A stretch of 64,000 nt of DNA, from the NCBI GenBank assembly GCA_964057225.1, contig OZ059899.1, positions 13,888,001 to 13,952,000 of the forward strand, in the 5' to 3' direction. This DNA comes from Auanema rhodensis (lineage: Eukaryota > Animalia > Nematoda). This document shows, in pieces, positions 12,601-27,336 of the stretch. The position numbers and the translations under genes are program-made. Positions within the stretch are counted from its first letter, which is position 1. Each line of letters opens with the position of its first letter. Below the pieces are notes generated by a model that saw only the letters and a program-made list of their open reading frames with translations, did not search any database and had not been told where the DNA came from.

Positions 12601-13570
12601 GGGATGATGAGGAAGAGGAAAAATGTTGAAAATTCTGATTTTTCATGTTATTTCAGCATGTACGGATTATCATACATCATGTGCTGGATGGGCTAGAATA
12701 GGAGAATGTCAGAAAAATCCATGGATGGCAGAAAATTGTCGTCAATCTTGCAAAACATGCTTCTCACAATATGAATTAAGAGATATGTGTCGAGGTCGAG
12801 CAGGTAAATTTGAACTTTTGTCAGAAAATTAAAAACATTTTTCTTGAATAGAATATTGTCATAAAACTTTAAAATCTAACTCTTCAGGCTCTGTTCGTCC
12901 AACAGCTCCACAGAATACTGATTCACGTCAGTTCAATCCTGGTGGCTGGGGACCACGTAACGGTGGTGGAAGAGGAGGTGGAAATGACTGGTCTGGTGAG
13001 TTATGAGGGAATTGCTTTGGGAAAATAATCATTCTTGCACTGTCCTGTTCATGCCTATTGGCACTGAAAACGCTAACATATCCGGTAAAAGAAAACCGGA
13101 CAGTATAAGATTTTCATAAGCTTTGTGAATGTTTTGAATGTCTTTCTACTATATATGCCTGGGATACACGCTACTCTTTTTCCATTTTCTTTAACCTCTG
13201 CGTCACCAATTTATGTTTTTCTGTTTTCTTTTTGTTTTTCAATTAAATAAGAAAATATAAATTCTCATAGGTGGAAATGAGAATTCAAATCAAGCTGGCA
13301 GAGGCGGATGGCAAGATTATGACGACGAGGGGGGTCGTTTTGGTGGTTGGAATTCGGGTATTGTCTAATTTTCAGAAAAAAAAACAATAATCATTTAAAC
13401 AATCAATAATGAAATTAATTAAAAATAATTAAAATTCTGCAATTTTTGTTTTGAAATAAAAAGAAAACAAAATAGCTTATTCAGGTGGATGGGGTGGACA
13501 AGGCGGCTGGGGTGGTCGTTGGGGTCGCAGTGCTCCACCAGCTCATAATGTTACGGATAACTCAATGTAA
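9638..13570 (+). CDS. tyr-4: Secreted tyrosinase with four ShKT domains and Gly/Trp-rich tail (tyr-4-like)
   Basis: Signal peptide [18 protein letters not shown]; CuA ([20 protein letters not shown]) and CuB ([28 protein letters not shown]); ShK repeats ([68 protein letters not shown]); ends [19 protein letters not shown]. The paralog assignment rests on recalled similarity to the C. elegans tyr family and is less certain than the family call. Confidence 0.88.
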
Positions 13571-14513
13571 TTTAATTTTTTTAAACGAAAAAACATCATA
13601 ATTGTATTAAAAACATGTGTGTATTTCCTATATTTGTAAAATAGATGTTGTTCCTTTAATAAAAACATTTTTATTGTTTTGTTTTAAAATTTAATTTTCA
13701 TATATTCTTGAGAAACTTCACCTAATAATTATCTTTATATACTTATAGTTATAACATTATTATTATTATTTATATATAAATTAATAGTAAAACAACCGTT
13801 CAATGATGCTTTTTATGCGAAAATAAGCTTAAATTTCACGTGGATCATTCACGTAATTTCCATATTATTCTAATATTGTGAGTATAAACTGATACTCAGC
13901 TATAGCTTTTTATTATTTTTTTTCCGTTCAAAATATAAAACTACTATATCATATAGTTAAAATAACAAATATTTTCATTATAATTATAATAAAATAAAAA
14001 TGAATAAATAACTCGTTTTTTATTCATTTATATGTATATGACATAGTATATCTTTCAATTTTACATGTATACTATATGTTTTTAGATTTATTTTGTACTT
14101 TAACATACAATCTATCCCTTCAATATATCTTTTTTACTTTCATTTTACAGTTCTTTTACACTTTTCAATCGCAAAAACCAAAAAAAAAACTTTTTTTTTT
14201 GGTTTCTGTTGGCTATATTGTTGTCTATCTCTTAATCCATTGAACTGGCTAATACCATGTCAATGAACGAAGTTTTTACTTTTCTAACAACAATTTCATT
14301 CAAATACTGTTCTTTGATTGATTTGAAAAAAAAATTTAAATTTAAAACAAAAATAAAATAAATTTTTAAAACTAAAAACTTTTTTAAAATCCATCTTAAA
14401 TCCCAAATGAATAGTAAGCGCAGCAGGCGCTTGTAGCCTGCAAAACATTTCATATCAGAGCATGTGTCTAACTTGAGCATATTTATGAATACAACTAACT
14501 ATATGTAGTCTAT

Positions 14514-14553
14514 CTAGATAGTTAGTTAGTTAGCCTAGATAGTTAGTTAGTTA
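14514..14553. repeat. Short tandem duplication CTAGATAGTTAGTTAGTTA x2
   Basis: Two adjacent copies containing (AGTT)n. Confidence 0.8.
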
Positions 14554-17500
14554 AACATTTTGTTTTATCGTTCAGAAACATTTTTTTTCTGATAAAAATA
14601 TTTTTTCAGTTCAAAAAAACGATTTAATATGAACGATATACGTCATAGTTATGTTTATGATTGAACTATAATCCTATGTGTCCTTGATCAGTCATGAGAA
14701 TTGTAAATAATGATTCAAACATTCTATTTAATCACTTAGGTTTGAGAAAAAAAAAGTTTATTCTCAGTATGGACATTGAATCCAGTATTTTCTGGAAAAA
14801 AAACATTGATATCAAGTACTTTAAGTAAGTAGGCTATATACTATATATCTTAAGTCCAGATGTACTATTAATGTTATAAAGCAACAATCTGGCTAAGCTT
14901 TGAAGATGTTTCCAAATTAACTTCAATATCCTACCAGCCTTACTAACTATGCCATATGACAACATTTATATTATTCTTTTCATCACATATGGTCATTTCT
15001 TTTGTGTCTGTCTAGACTAACTTTCAATATTTTTCTCTTTTTCCCAGCCCCCCCCCCCCACCTCTCTCTTTCTCTTTTTGTTTTTTCTCTCTCAGTATTG
15101 GCTCTTAACCTTTGCTGTCTGTCTCTCTCTCTCTCCCTGTCTCTCTTTCTCCCTGTCTCTCTCTCTCTCTCTCTGTCTCTCTTTCTCTCTCTTTCCTTTT
15201 TTTTTCTTTGTATACAGCTCAAAAGACAAAAAACAACAAAAGCCAAAGCTCAGAGAAAATCAAAAGTAGAAAAAAAAATCCTTCTTCTACTCATCTGTCA
15301 TACATCTGATAGGAACAGATGTGTCAAGTCTCTTTAAATGACTAAATCTTCATAAATGTATGAATATGTCTCAATTACCTTCTGAATTCCCATGAACACA
15401 ATTTTTCAGCCATATGTGTGACGTCATCCATCACAAAACTCATTCATTAATCATCTTTTGACACTTAAAAATAATAATATTTGTTTATATTTCATTAGTT
15501 GTTATCATTCTATAACATATAAATTAAATTAATATTATAATTCTTAATTATATATACATATAGTTAACAAAACTGTACAGACTAATTAGCTAGATGACGT
15601 AAAAGTTGACGTACTCCATCTTCATTCTGAATTTCCGGTCATTCAACTTCTTTGCTATCTTATCTCTTCTAAACAATAACAAACATCAATCTATCTTGTT
15701 TAAACTTGTAATCTTGTATGGATATTCTTCTCATAACATTCCATTATTCTTACATAGAAAATTCAAGTTCAATATCTATACGTATACACACACACACACA
15801 TATGCGAGATGATGATGATGATGCATTAACTATATCTTCTTATGTGCTAATCATATTATATGAAAATTTTCTTTCATTTTACTATACTATAATACTATAT
15901 TTCTTAACTATATTACATATATATATATAGTAGTCATCTTCATCTTCATTTTCATATAAAAATTTATAAATTTTTGTCCTCTTTTACTTCACTACACCTA
16001 TTCAAATTTACAAAATGTTATAACAAAAGATTGAAAATGGATGGAAAATCAATTGAGAAATACATGCATTTTTCATTAAAATCTATTCAATTTCATCTTT
16101 ACTTCTATAAGAATTTTACTTTTTTCATTCTGTTTCTTAGGTTAAATATCGTCTGTCATCATCATCATCATCATCATACAGTTTTTCACGTTTTCTTTCT
16201 TCTTTCTTGTTATTTCCTCCATTTTTATGTTCTTCTTTTCTTTAATATTCTCTCAATAACTATATTACTTACGCCATTTCTGAATGTAACATCTTCATTT
16301 TCTTCGTCATCATCCTCTCTCTCTCCCTCTCACAAGCTGAACAACTAACTAGCCAGTTGCAATTGCGGATCTTAACGTGATCGACGATGACTGTCTCAAC
16401 CTCGACGGCCTCATCAACGTTTTCCGATCGTCCTCAGCCATTACTATATACCACCCGTCAGGCAGCCAAGCAAGAGGCTTTCATTCCAGCTAGTCAGCTA
16501 ACCAGCCAACCATCTAACTAGCCCACCAGTCAAGCATGGAGCTATTACGGTTCTTTCTTTTGGTCAAGCCGACTGTCTTATCTATCTATTCAGATCGACG
16601 GCTCATTTGTCTCTCATGTAGCTGATAGGTCATACAAGATGTTGTAAATATGTGTAATTCTTATATAAAGCTTTTTATGAATGTAAATGAGAACATACAG
16701 CATTTCTGAGATGAGATCAGCATGTTCCGGAACCACTTCTGTACTTTCAGTTGACGTTTTGAAAATATTCCCAAGTTTCATTGGACGAGCATCAACAACT
16801 TTTCTATAATTTCATGAATTCTCTATATAATTATCAAGTATAATTTGATTTATGAGTCAATTTTATAATCTTTTCAATGCCTTGCCTCAGATAGAATTAG
16901 AATAATTTCACTTTTTCCCCTCTCGCAACTTAACACTAACAGGTTTTGTTTTGAAAAACTTTATTGAAATAGTTCTATCGCACCGTTTCTGTTCTATCTT
17001 CCAAACTATAGTTTACGAACCTGAAATCCTGTTTTCCATCTATATAGAGAAGATATTTCAAAGGATTCTATAAACACATACGCATGTACCACATGTACCT
17101 GATCCGTTTCTGGTCATTCTACGAGGCCATTCTGAATATCAGCCCAAACATGCCAATCAGGTCAAATCTTCAACTCTGCCTCCCTCCTCTCTCTCTCTCT
17201 CTCTCTGTTCATATTCACTACCTCTGTGTCATCTCGCTTGTGTCCCACAAGTGAAATCTCTAATATACATGTATCAAACCCTGAAGAATTCATTCATTTT
17301 TCATAATTTTTTGATGATAAAACCTGAAAAAAAATGTTTCAGCCTTCTAGCTTTTTAAAATTTTGGCATTGAAATTTTCAAAAAGTTTCACATGTTCTAT
17401 TCAATTGAAGTATCTCTTTCCAGCTTTCAAGCAATTATGCTTTCAAACTTTCTCTTTTAAGATTGCGGATAGAGGGAAAACGGCAGAAATAGAATATAAA

Positions 17501-19401
17501 GATTCAGAGACATATGAAGTATAGTTAGATGGAGAAAAGACACTTGTAAAATAGCTTAAAGTGTTGTTCAATGATTTTCTTTATTCATTCAATCCTCTTG
17601 TATATCATCGGAGATGCCTTTTTCCATTTTCTTTTTGTTTCTTTCACCTGCTCTCTTTCTCTCTTTCTCTCTCTCTCTCTCTCTTAATATATTTTCCCTT
17701 CTATTTATATGTACATATATATATATCTACGTACATACATATATATATCTAAAAAACTTTCTTTCATTATTTTTCACTTTCAAGCCACACCACTTAACTT
17801 TCTCTCTCTCTCTCCCTCCCCCCTCTCTCTCTCTCTTATTTCACATTTTTTTAATCTCAAATATATATTTTTCCTTTCAATTTATATAAAATAAATTATA
17901 TATTTTAATTTATTTTAAGAATTCAATCTAATTTGCATAACTATTATTCATTATTTTACGTGAGTTACATGTAACTTTGCTTGACACGCGCGTTACAGCT
18001 CCGGCCATTTCATTTGGCTGCAATACAATGAGCGGTTGTTCCTTTTTGTTTTCAATTGTTACCCATTAACATCATTATATTAGTTATTTAACTATATTAA
18101 ATATATATAGATAGTTAATATAGTTATATAATCTTATTTGAATATATTTTTATTTTATTATTATTATAATTTATTTAAATGAAATTAAGAACTGTTTATA
18201 AATTGTATATATATATAGTATATCTACCTTATATATACTTTATATTTCATTTTATCTAATTTTTATAAATTAAACTAATATTTCTAATCATAACTATATC
18301 ATATAATATAGCATTCATAGCTATTATTTGCTACCTTAAATCCCTTTTCATCTACGTAACACACGTGCTTTCTCTCATTGTCATCTTACATCCCAATTCT
18401 TTTCGTCTTAACCTCAATGACTTTCACATCTGTTGTTATAAACTTTTGATCCGGCTACCTTAATCTATAAATTACGTCATTAAGCATAATTAGAGAGTTT
18501 TATTTGAAGTCTGCCGATGCGTTTGTGACTTCCGTTGCCATTCCTTCTTTCTATTCCCTCTTTTTCGTCGTCTTCTTTTTCTCCAATTATCCCGTCTTTC
18601 GCTTAGAAATTCTTATCTGCTTATATAGATATTGCAATCTAGCATTTTCATCTTTTAATTTTCCTACTGACTGACTTCAATCTCTCCTCTACCAGTCATC
18701 TTCAGCTCCAATAGCCCCCTTAGCAGTCTTTTGCTCCCTTCCAACAAAGTTTCTAATATGCGTCAAAGCAGACAAAATCGCCGCGAAACTTTAGAATTTG
18801 AATTAACTTCCTTCAAAGCTTTGAATATCATTCATGTACATGACATTTGGCATTTCAATTGAAAAAAAAAACTTTTTTTTCTTCTATCTAGTTCATCTAA
18901 ACTCAATAGTTTCAAGATTTGTAGGATTGAAGCTACTGCTTCAACTGATACTGATGCTGTTATAACTGCTTACACTCCCCCCCCCCCTCTCTCTCAGAGG
19001 GTTTCAGATCAACACATTCATGTCATTTTCACTCGTTTTTTCCTCGTCCCGTTAACCCTGTTTTCAAACTCTTCTGTAGCGGAAAAAAACGGACGAACAA
19101 CTGACAATAAGGACAATGACGACGTTGACACAGCATTTGATACAATGATGATGATGATTACGATGAGAAAATTCTCCAAACGTTCATCATCATCGCCATT
19201 AACATTAACGTTGTCGTCTTCTTCATCGTATTCTTCTTCTTCTTGAAATATTTCATAATCATCAACCTTCTTCTCGTTCTTAATGATAGTTTGATTATCA
19301 TTTTCCATGTTTGACCTAAACCAACGCTTCCCACCGAGATCTACACGCTATTGAAACATTAATATTCTGATAAATGATTATTATTCATCATGAATCTCTG
19401 T

Positions 19402-19519
<118 letters not shown>

Positions 19520-20842
19520 GCTCTCTTTCATTCTCTCTATCTCTATATCCCTGCCTCCCTCTCTCCTAATATATATTTTTCTTTTTGCTTTAATTGGTGA
19601 GAATCTTATATGAATGATTGTAGAGGTCGAATCACTACTTCATGAAATTCCCTCTATCTCTCTTTCTCTCTCTCTCTCTCTCATTGCCATTAGCACACTA
19701 TTTTCTCTTAAAATTCTCTTTCTCTATCTGTTTCTCTCACTTTTGTTAATCATACTCGTACAATCCCTCCCATGCTATCCGGTATAATGGTCTTGACCCT
19801 TCAGATGAATTTTTGTGTGAAAATCAACAAAAGATTCTGATCTTTGGCATTCTCTAAGCGTTCCGCAACTTTTTTATTCAATTTTAATATTTTTTTTTCT
19901 ATTTCATTGTCATCCTTATATTGCATTTTAGTTTTTTTCTCAAAAATCTTTGTACCCCCATGAGATTTTTCTCGTCTTTTTAGCAGTTGTAGCCTCACAA
20001 GCAGATATCTTCATCTGGCTCCCCTTTTCTCCATTCCCCATATCTTCCTCTTGGACTATTTTCCAATTATTTCTTTATTATGCTCTGTAAGTATATAACC
20101 ATATACATATACATGACTTTATCGAAAACTATTACCGTAATTGTCTCTGGGCTTCTCAAACTTGGCCAAGTTTGTCTCGTTTCTACCAATGTTACAACTA
20201 ATTTTGGTCATTCACACATGTACACTCCCACATATATATAAAGAAATGACCAAAGTCTACTATAATAGATGATGAATGAGTGACAAATTATTTTAATTAT
20301 ATTATATTTTCACATAGTTATCGTTCGATTTTCTACTTTTTTATTCGTTTTTATAATATTTTACATTTATTATCTTGACACGACAACAGTTTTACTTTTT
20401 TTTTACTTGTAATGCTACTTTTCCTAAGTCTTTCACTTAAGATTTTTCTCTCCCTCTCTCTCTCTCTCTCTCTCGTTCTCTTTCCCTCTCTATTATTCTT
20501 TCTCTTTCTCTTTCTTTTTTTACCTAACTACCTTAGTCTCCTCTTCCATCATTTCTCACTCACCTGTCCATCGGGCATGACTTTCAGAATTGAATTTCCA
20601 GTTTTTCTAGTTATTTTCCTGTACAAAAGTTTGTCGTATTTTTCCCACAACTAATGGAATTGAATGAAACACCTAAAACTACTATGTTATCTATTTTTTG
20701 AATTTTATTATAATTATATATATATAGTAAAGCAATATACATAATCTCATGATAAATGTGCCAGTCAACTATGTGAATATATTGTCGTTTGGCATATATT
20801 CCTGTATCTGTATCTCTCTCTCTGTATCTCTCTCTCTCTGTA

Positions 20843-20874
<32 letters not shown>

Positions 20875-23338
20875 CCTCTCTTCGAATAATCAAAACTTCA
20901 TAGAGTGTTCTGTTCTATTATTTTTCTCTTAATTCATTAACGCTTCTTCAGGCGGGACCTTAGCAGTCATGACAGCCGTTCACTTGATTTAGGCTCACTG
21001 TCCTCAACCCTTGTGATGTGGCCTGCCTTACCAGCAGCATCTTGGTCAGTCACATCTCTATTGTCTTTGAATTTGCATAGAAGCCCATCTGACGCCATAT
21101 TTCCTAATTTAGCTACTTAGTTGCCTCCAGGCTATATTGTCTATCTGTCTCTTGTTTACACTTACTACCATTTCTCTTAGCATTACTATATAGGTCATCT
21201 TTCTCTTTTTCTCTTCCCCCTCTCATTCTCTCATTCTTCAATCTCTCTCTCTCTCAGTTTCCTTTTTGTTTCCTCTCCCTATCCATCTCCCTCATAAGTT
21301 AGTCCATATTCGCACATCTCTAAGCTTTTCCTTCTCTCATCTTCGAGTTCATCAGCTTCATCTGTCTCTCAGTCTCGTCATGATGTTCATTTTGCGTTCC
21401 AATCTTAGTCGCCATGGCCTCTGGTCATTTTCTATTTTCTCATTGGCTTCTTACAACAACGGAGAATGAGTAAGATAGACGAGACGAAGCTCGAATGACC
21501 ACAATTTCTTGTTGTCTATCGTCGGCTTCGTCTGCCTCATCATCGCTATCATCATGTCATCGTCATGATGGTCATTTGCCTTCAGATTCAGATGATCATT
21601 TTCTATGAATTAGATGAAAAGAATCTTACTTTCCATTTATTTTCTGATTTGAGCTTCATGAATACTCTCCGCAGGAGATGAAAAAGAAGAAGAAGAAGAA
21701 GAAGAAGAAGCAGGAGGAGAAGAAGCCTTTCGGTTTGCCCACGGCTCAGCATCCAAATAACACTTGCTCATTTCATGTCTTATTGTCCATCTAGTTTGAC
21801 ATGAATACTTCATCTTTCTCTATGAAATTTCCTTATTTGTGTAGTCTTTCCTCCCTCCTTTCTCCTTTATTCTTCTCTCTCTGTATCTCCCTCTCTCTTC
21901 CCCTTTTCCCTCAGCCTCCCTATATACCTCTCATTGCATTCCTTGGCGGTTTTATTAGAGAAAAGTTGACTTCTTATCCTTCAATCTTTCGGGATATTCA
22001 TTGAGCTTCCATGGCAGCACACCCAATTCCCACCCAAATTTTCCATCTTCTCGTCTTCATCTCATCAGCTTATTAACAGTTTCTGTGTGGTATTTGGAAA
22101 GTTCTCCTAATTTTCTTTACTCAGATATCTATTTTCTTTTTTCTTTTCTCAAATTATGATGCTGTGTCACTAGTCAGATAACCTTTTTAGTCTTCCCTTC
22201 AAAAACAACTTTTTTCATGAGATATGTCTATATGTATATAGATACAGAGATACATATATAGTTGAATCTCTTCTTCTCTTTCTATCTCCCTCTCCTCTCC
22301 TTTCTCTTTATATATTTCTCTGCTAATTTCCGTTTCTTACTCTCTATTATCATTCCAGATATGCTTGAAGTAAACTATTTCTACACAAAATTCATTCAAA
22401 TTCACTATTATTCGCAACGTTTGCGAATCTGTACCTGCCTTGTACACAAGCATAGACAGACAAGTTCATTGAGTCGAATTCCGTTCTACTCTTTACCCTC
22501 CTTGTTCTCTCCATCCTCTTTGATTTATCTGCGGAGCATCGCGACGTCAAAGGCCTAAAACGAATGACGAACAGCTTTTTCTCTTTTGCAATCGCAGCTA
22601 TCCAATTCTTCCAGCTTTGATCAGCATTGTCGTCGGTGCATTTGTCGCCGTTCTTGTCGTCGTCATCACTGCCGTCGCCTTGGCCGTCATCAATTGCTGG
22701 CCAAAAAAAAAGAATCGCCCAACGACGGCATCTAACGGCTTCCCTTCGCGTTGGCCTCTCTCAGACGGCCGCCACATCATTCAAGCTTCTGCAGCTTCAT
22801 CCGGGGAACTGAATTCTAAATTTTTTTCTCCAACGAAATTAGCCCTTGACATTCTGACACCAGAAATTTCTCTCATCTTTCCCTTTTCTCTCAGTCTCGT
22901 TAGCTCTTCCTCTTCTCTTTCATCAAATTTGATATTTTATTCCATTTTAAGCTGAAAAACTGACAAAAAATTATTACAAACAATGGCTTAACGCCTAAGT
23001 GCTCATGCTCTTTAAAGTTTAAAATAATTATATTTTCATATATTCTGAGAAAAAACCTGCTACATACTTCCTAATCTAACCTCTTTCATAGATAATTTGA
23101 GAAATATAATTGAGAGATGTTAATTCGATAATTGCTATTCTATAGAGGTTATTTGAAGCAAATTCTTAATATGTTCCTCTTTTCTGTCTTCTCCATCCTC
23201 ATCATCATCATCAGAAGCAGGCAAATATCTTAATTTCTTGGACAATTTATTGATTTATTTTTGTTTATAATTAGCGTTTAAATATGAATTTGATTGAAAA
23301 ATGTGTTTATTATCATTCTCTCTCTCTCCCTCCACCCA

Positions 23339-23401
<63 letters not shown>

Positions 23402-24522
23402 ATCATAATTAGTAATAATATAATCCTTTATATGGATATTAAATTATCAATTAGCTTACAACATCGTAAGGTCTGTATCGTCCTCATGTGCGCATCAGCT
23501 TTTTCTGCAACAACACTTCTGAATATTTTATTCAAAATTTCTGAATTCTTTTCATTTTTTCGATCAATTTGTATGTTTCCGATCAGACTCTTTTTGTGGA
23601 ATTAACTTTGAACACTTTGGACTAGCTTTCAGTCTATATGACTATTGTGACTGGCTCAACCCACACCACTCTCTCCCCCCCCCCCCACCAGCCCTCCTCA
23701 CCACCCTTCAAGCTATGCTTCCTACTTGGGTTTTACCCTCATATCAGCGACGTCTTAAGTCTGCGGAAAAGAAAAAAGACATTTTTTCAGTACACAAGAC
23801 TGACGTCCAGTTCTTTTATTTCTAGATTCTATAATATTATATCTTTTTTCTTGTCTATTGAATACAATTGAGGGAGAGAAAAGAGAAAAGTTTTCTTTAT
23901 ACTTTGAAAATTCTTGAAAACCTTCTGACCTTTTCAGCAATTTCCATTATTTTGTCTTCTTTTTCGTCTGTGTTACTTCTCAATCCAGTATCTGATATCT
24001 AATATAATATATAACAGATCATACATCATCATCATCATCGGCTGGAAATTAATTTTTTACTTCATTCTTGTTGAATTTTTTTCATTTTGGATGACTGCAT
24101 GAGTTCAATGAGGGGGGTATGGGTGAAAGGAAGATTCAAGATACAACATCTGGCTGATTCATGTCTGATATCTGATTGGGAATCTTCTCATACTTCTCAA
24201 GTTTTTATTGTTTTTATTTATTTTTTGGATTAATTACTTATGATCAAATTTGACGTTTTCATCTTCTTTTTCTTTCTTTTTTTCAAAAAAAAATGCAAAT
24301 TCTTTTCTTTATTTCTTTGTTTACAGCCTTATTTTCGAATCAACTGCTAATACTAAATAATTAATTTGCTTCGAAACATCGTTATATATTCCTTAATAAC
24401 ATATACTTTCCTTCTAATTATAATAAATCTTATTAGGCTATATATATTCTATTTGAAACAATGGCCAAAACACATACGAGCTGAAGCTTCAACATGATCA
24501 TCATCAGCTGCTTCTATTCTGT

Positions 24523-24534
24523 TGCTGCTGTTGA

Positions 24535-24565
<31 letters not shown>

Positions 24566-24571
24566 CTTGCT
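24523..24571. repeat. (GCT)n imperfect trinucleotide repeat
   Basis: GCTGCTGTTGATGCTGCTGCTGCTGCTGCTGCCGCTG. Confidence 0.8.
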
Positions 24572-26967
24572 GTGCAATAAAGTCTATAGTTCAGTCAGGT
24601 TTCTTTCACATTTTTGGACTAAAAATAGTCTTTTTCAAACATTATTGTATAGCTATTTCATATCTATAGCACTATAGATAGATAGAGAGATGTCTTTGTA
24701 TCCACAGACATGGACAAGGTTTATACAATTTTTCTGTGTCCACTTGAAGATGTTTTATTTCTTTTTCTTTTCTTTTCCACTCCCATATGGAGATTTCTTT
24801 CGATTTTTTTCTGACTGAAATAGAAGGTTCAGAAGATATTCAGAGAGCATCAATAGATGTTTGCACTTGGCTCATGCCCAGAAAATCTTTTGCCGCCTAT
24901 AAAAGGCTCAAGATTGGAACTACACGCAATCATCGTTGTCGTTTCTTCTGCTGTGCAATCGCTTAATACCAATTTTCAGCTTTGAAAGGTTGCTGCTGCT
25001 TTTACAACTTTCTAATGCCTCATTTTCATCTTCTTTTTTACTTCAAAACCATTTTTTATAATTTTTGGCCTATTCATGGCATAATTAGTCAAAGTAGTAG
25101 TAATAGTTATAGTAGTATAGTATAGTGTTATTGAAAAAATAAGTGTTGTAGATGTATGAAAGTGATAGAGTATAAGAGGGAGAGAGGGAAAGAGAGAGAG
25201 AGGGAGAGAGAGAATAAACAGAATTAAAAGAATAGGAAGGAACAGAGTGGGGGATGAAGCGCCCTTATAGGTTCAGACTAAGTTCATAACCTATAGTTAC
25301 AGATTTAACAAACAGATTAATTAAAGGAACTAGTTTACTTACATTTTTGGTCGTTTCAGGACGAATTACTAGTCAATTTGAAACATAATATTAGAAAAGA
25401 GGACTGGAGAATATATGGAGATGCAATGAAGACGAAAAAAACGGAAGTGAAAGGATGGATGTAAGCTAAGAAAAAAAAATTACGACCACACAGATTGACA
25501 AGCCGCTGAGGGAATATACATAGATGCCCAAAAAGGATCATTATTTTGACCAGTAAAGACCCTATGAGAGTGGTCAGATTGAGGAAGCGATTGAGAGAGA
25601 ACGAGAGGAAGAAAGGGAAAAGAATGTGAGAATTAAACAAGACAAGATAGAGCATTGTTCTTCCAATGAGATAATCATAGATTTTAAGCCTTGTTTGGCT
25701 CAAAAAATGAAAGATTATCGGAAAAATAGTGTGAGATATGATGAATGGTGTCCATCTTATCCTCTCATCTCCTTTCCGTCAACGCCGTCATCATCAACGG
25801 CTGAGCTGATTTGATCCCGGATCTCGACCACCCTCTTTCTCCACTTCGCTTCTTCTCCTATTTTTTTCCATTTTTTCTTCTATTCTAGCTTATAGAATTT
25901 TAGCAAGCGTCAGTTGAAAAACAAATGAGATTAGAAGGAAACAAAGATTCAGATTTGTTAATTAGATGACCATCATCGGCCGTTCTCTTCGTATTTTTTT
26001 TCGTCTCAGCAATCGCTTTTCTATTTCTTTCGGGTTTTTTTTCATGTAATATTCCACAGCTGAGCCCTTTCTACTTTTTCTCTATATCTATGGTCTATAC
26101 TAACTAATTTCAGTTTCATTTTTCTTTAATTCATTCTTTTCTACTCCATCTAGGCTGAACCTTACTTCCACCACCCACACCTCACCCACTCCTCTTCACA
26201 AGCAACCTTGCAGCATTCCTGTTCATCCAAGATCATCACTTTTCATCTTTCATCTATGACCATGCCACCACACATGATTAAGCTCTTTTCACCTTAATAT
26301 ACCTCATGTTCCGTTTTCTTTTTTTCATTTTCCGTTCTTATTGTTCCAACTATTCGACCCCCCCCCCCTCATCTCCCTCTCTCCAAACCTTATTCTTCCT
26401 CCAGTCTTTCTGTATAACAGTACAATTGGTATACTGCTGTTGATTGTCTGGACCAGTCGTTTTTTCTATTTTTTTTGTTTGGGAATCTGTGACCTCATCA
26501 ATGACTTTCCTTTTACTTCACCATTACCATGATGAGGGTTCGTCTGTCATCATCTATGTCTGTCACCTTCCATTTTCAACTCTTTTTTCTGACCTTACTT
26601 TCCTGTATGTCTTTCTCCCCCATTCCTTCATAAAGCATCATCGGCATCATCATCATCATCATCATCATCACCATCCGTCTCATCGTCCAATTGGTTCTAT
26701 CTCCACCGCGTTTTTAAAAATATTTTCTTCGGATTTTCATCTCGTTACTAGTTTTCACGTTTTTTCTCCTCAACTATTTATATTATTTGAAAACTTTCCT
26801 TTCTTTTCAACAACTATAATCTATTTTCTACTTCGTTTTCTTGTTGAAAACACAAACAATTTCGTTTGAATGACGTTCTTACTCTTACTTATTAGCTTAA
26901 AACGAAAGGCTTCATCATCATATCGTTGCCACTTTTACTTTCTTGATCATGCATTCTTCCTATTCAA

Positions 26968-27011
<44 letters not shown>

Positions 27012-27301
27012 TCTCTCTCTCCTCTCTCTCAATCTCCCTCTCTATGAAATCGTTCACTTCCTATTCTTCTCTCTACAGAGATGTTTTTTTCTTTTAAACT
27101 TACAGGCAAGAATCATACAGCACTGTGTTCCAAGTCTGCTTGTCGTTATGAGTCACTCAATTTGGTTAGATGAATGAATTTGATTGACAAAATTCTCTTT
27201 TATAACATTTTTACTCTATATGATCCCATCCCCGCCTTCTTTCTTCATATGTATTCAAACATTTTATTATATTCATTTGTATGTCTATCTGTATCTCTTT
27301 G

Positions 27302-27336
<35 letters not shown>

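Noticed and set aside
13081-13100. TCCGGT..ACCGGA hairpin in a tyrosinase intron as a Helitron end
   Set aside because: No CTRR terminus at the expected distance and no other copy in the window.
14764-14845. tRNA-like A/B-box remnants on the minus strand (TAGCCTA.., GATTCAATGTCC)
   Set aside because: D-arm, anticodon arm and acceptor stem do not pair convincingly; at best a very decayed tRNA/SINE fragment.
19018-19308. 96-aa acidic plus hydrophobic minus-strand ORF
   Set aside because: Composition is explained by GAT/GAA/ATC triplet runs; no recognisable family or splice context.
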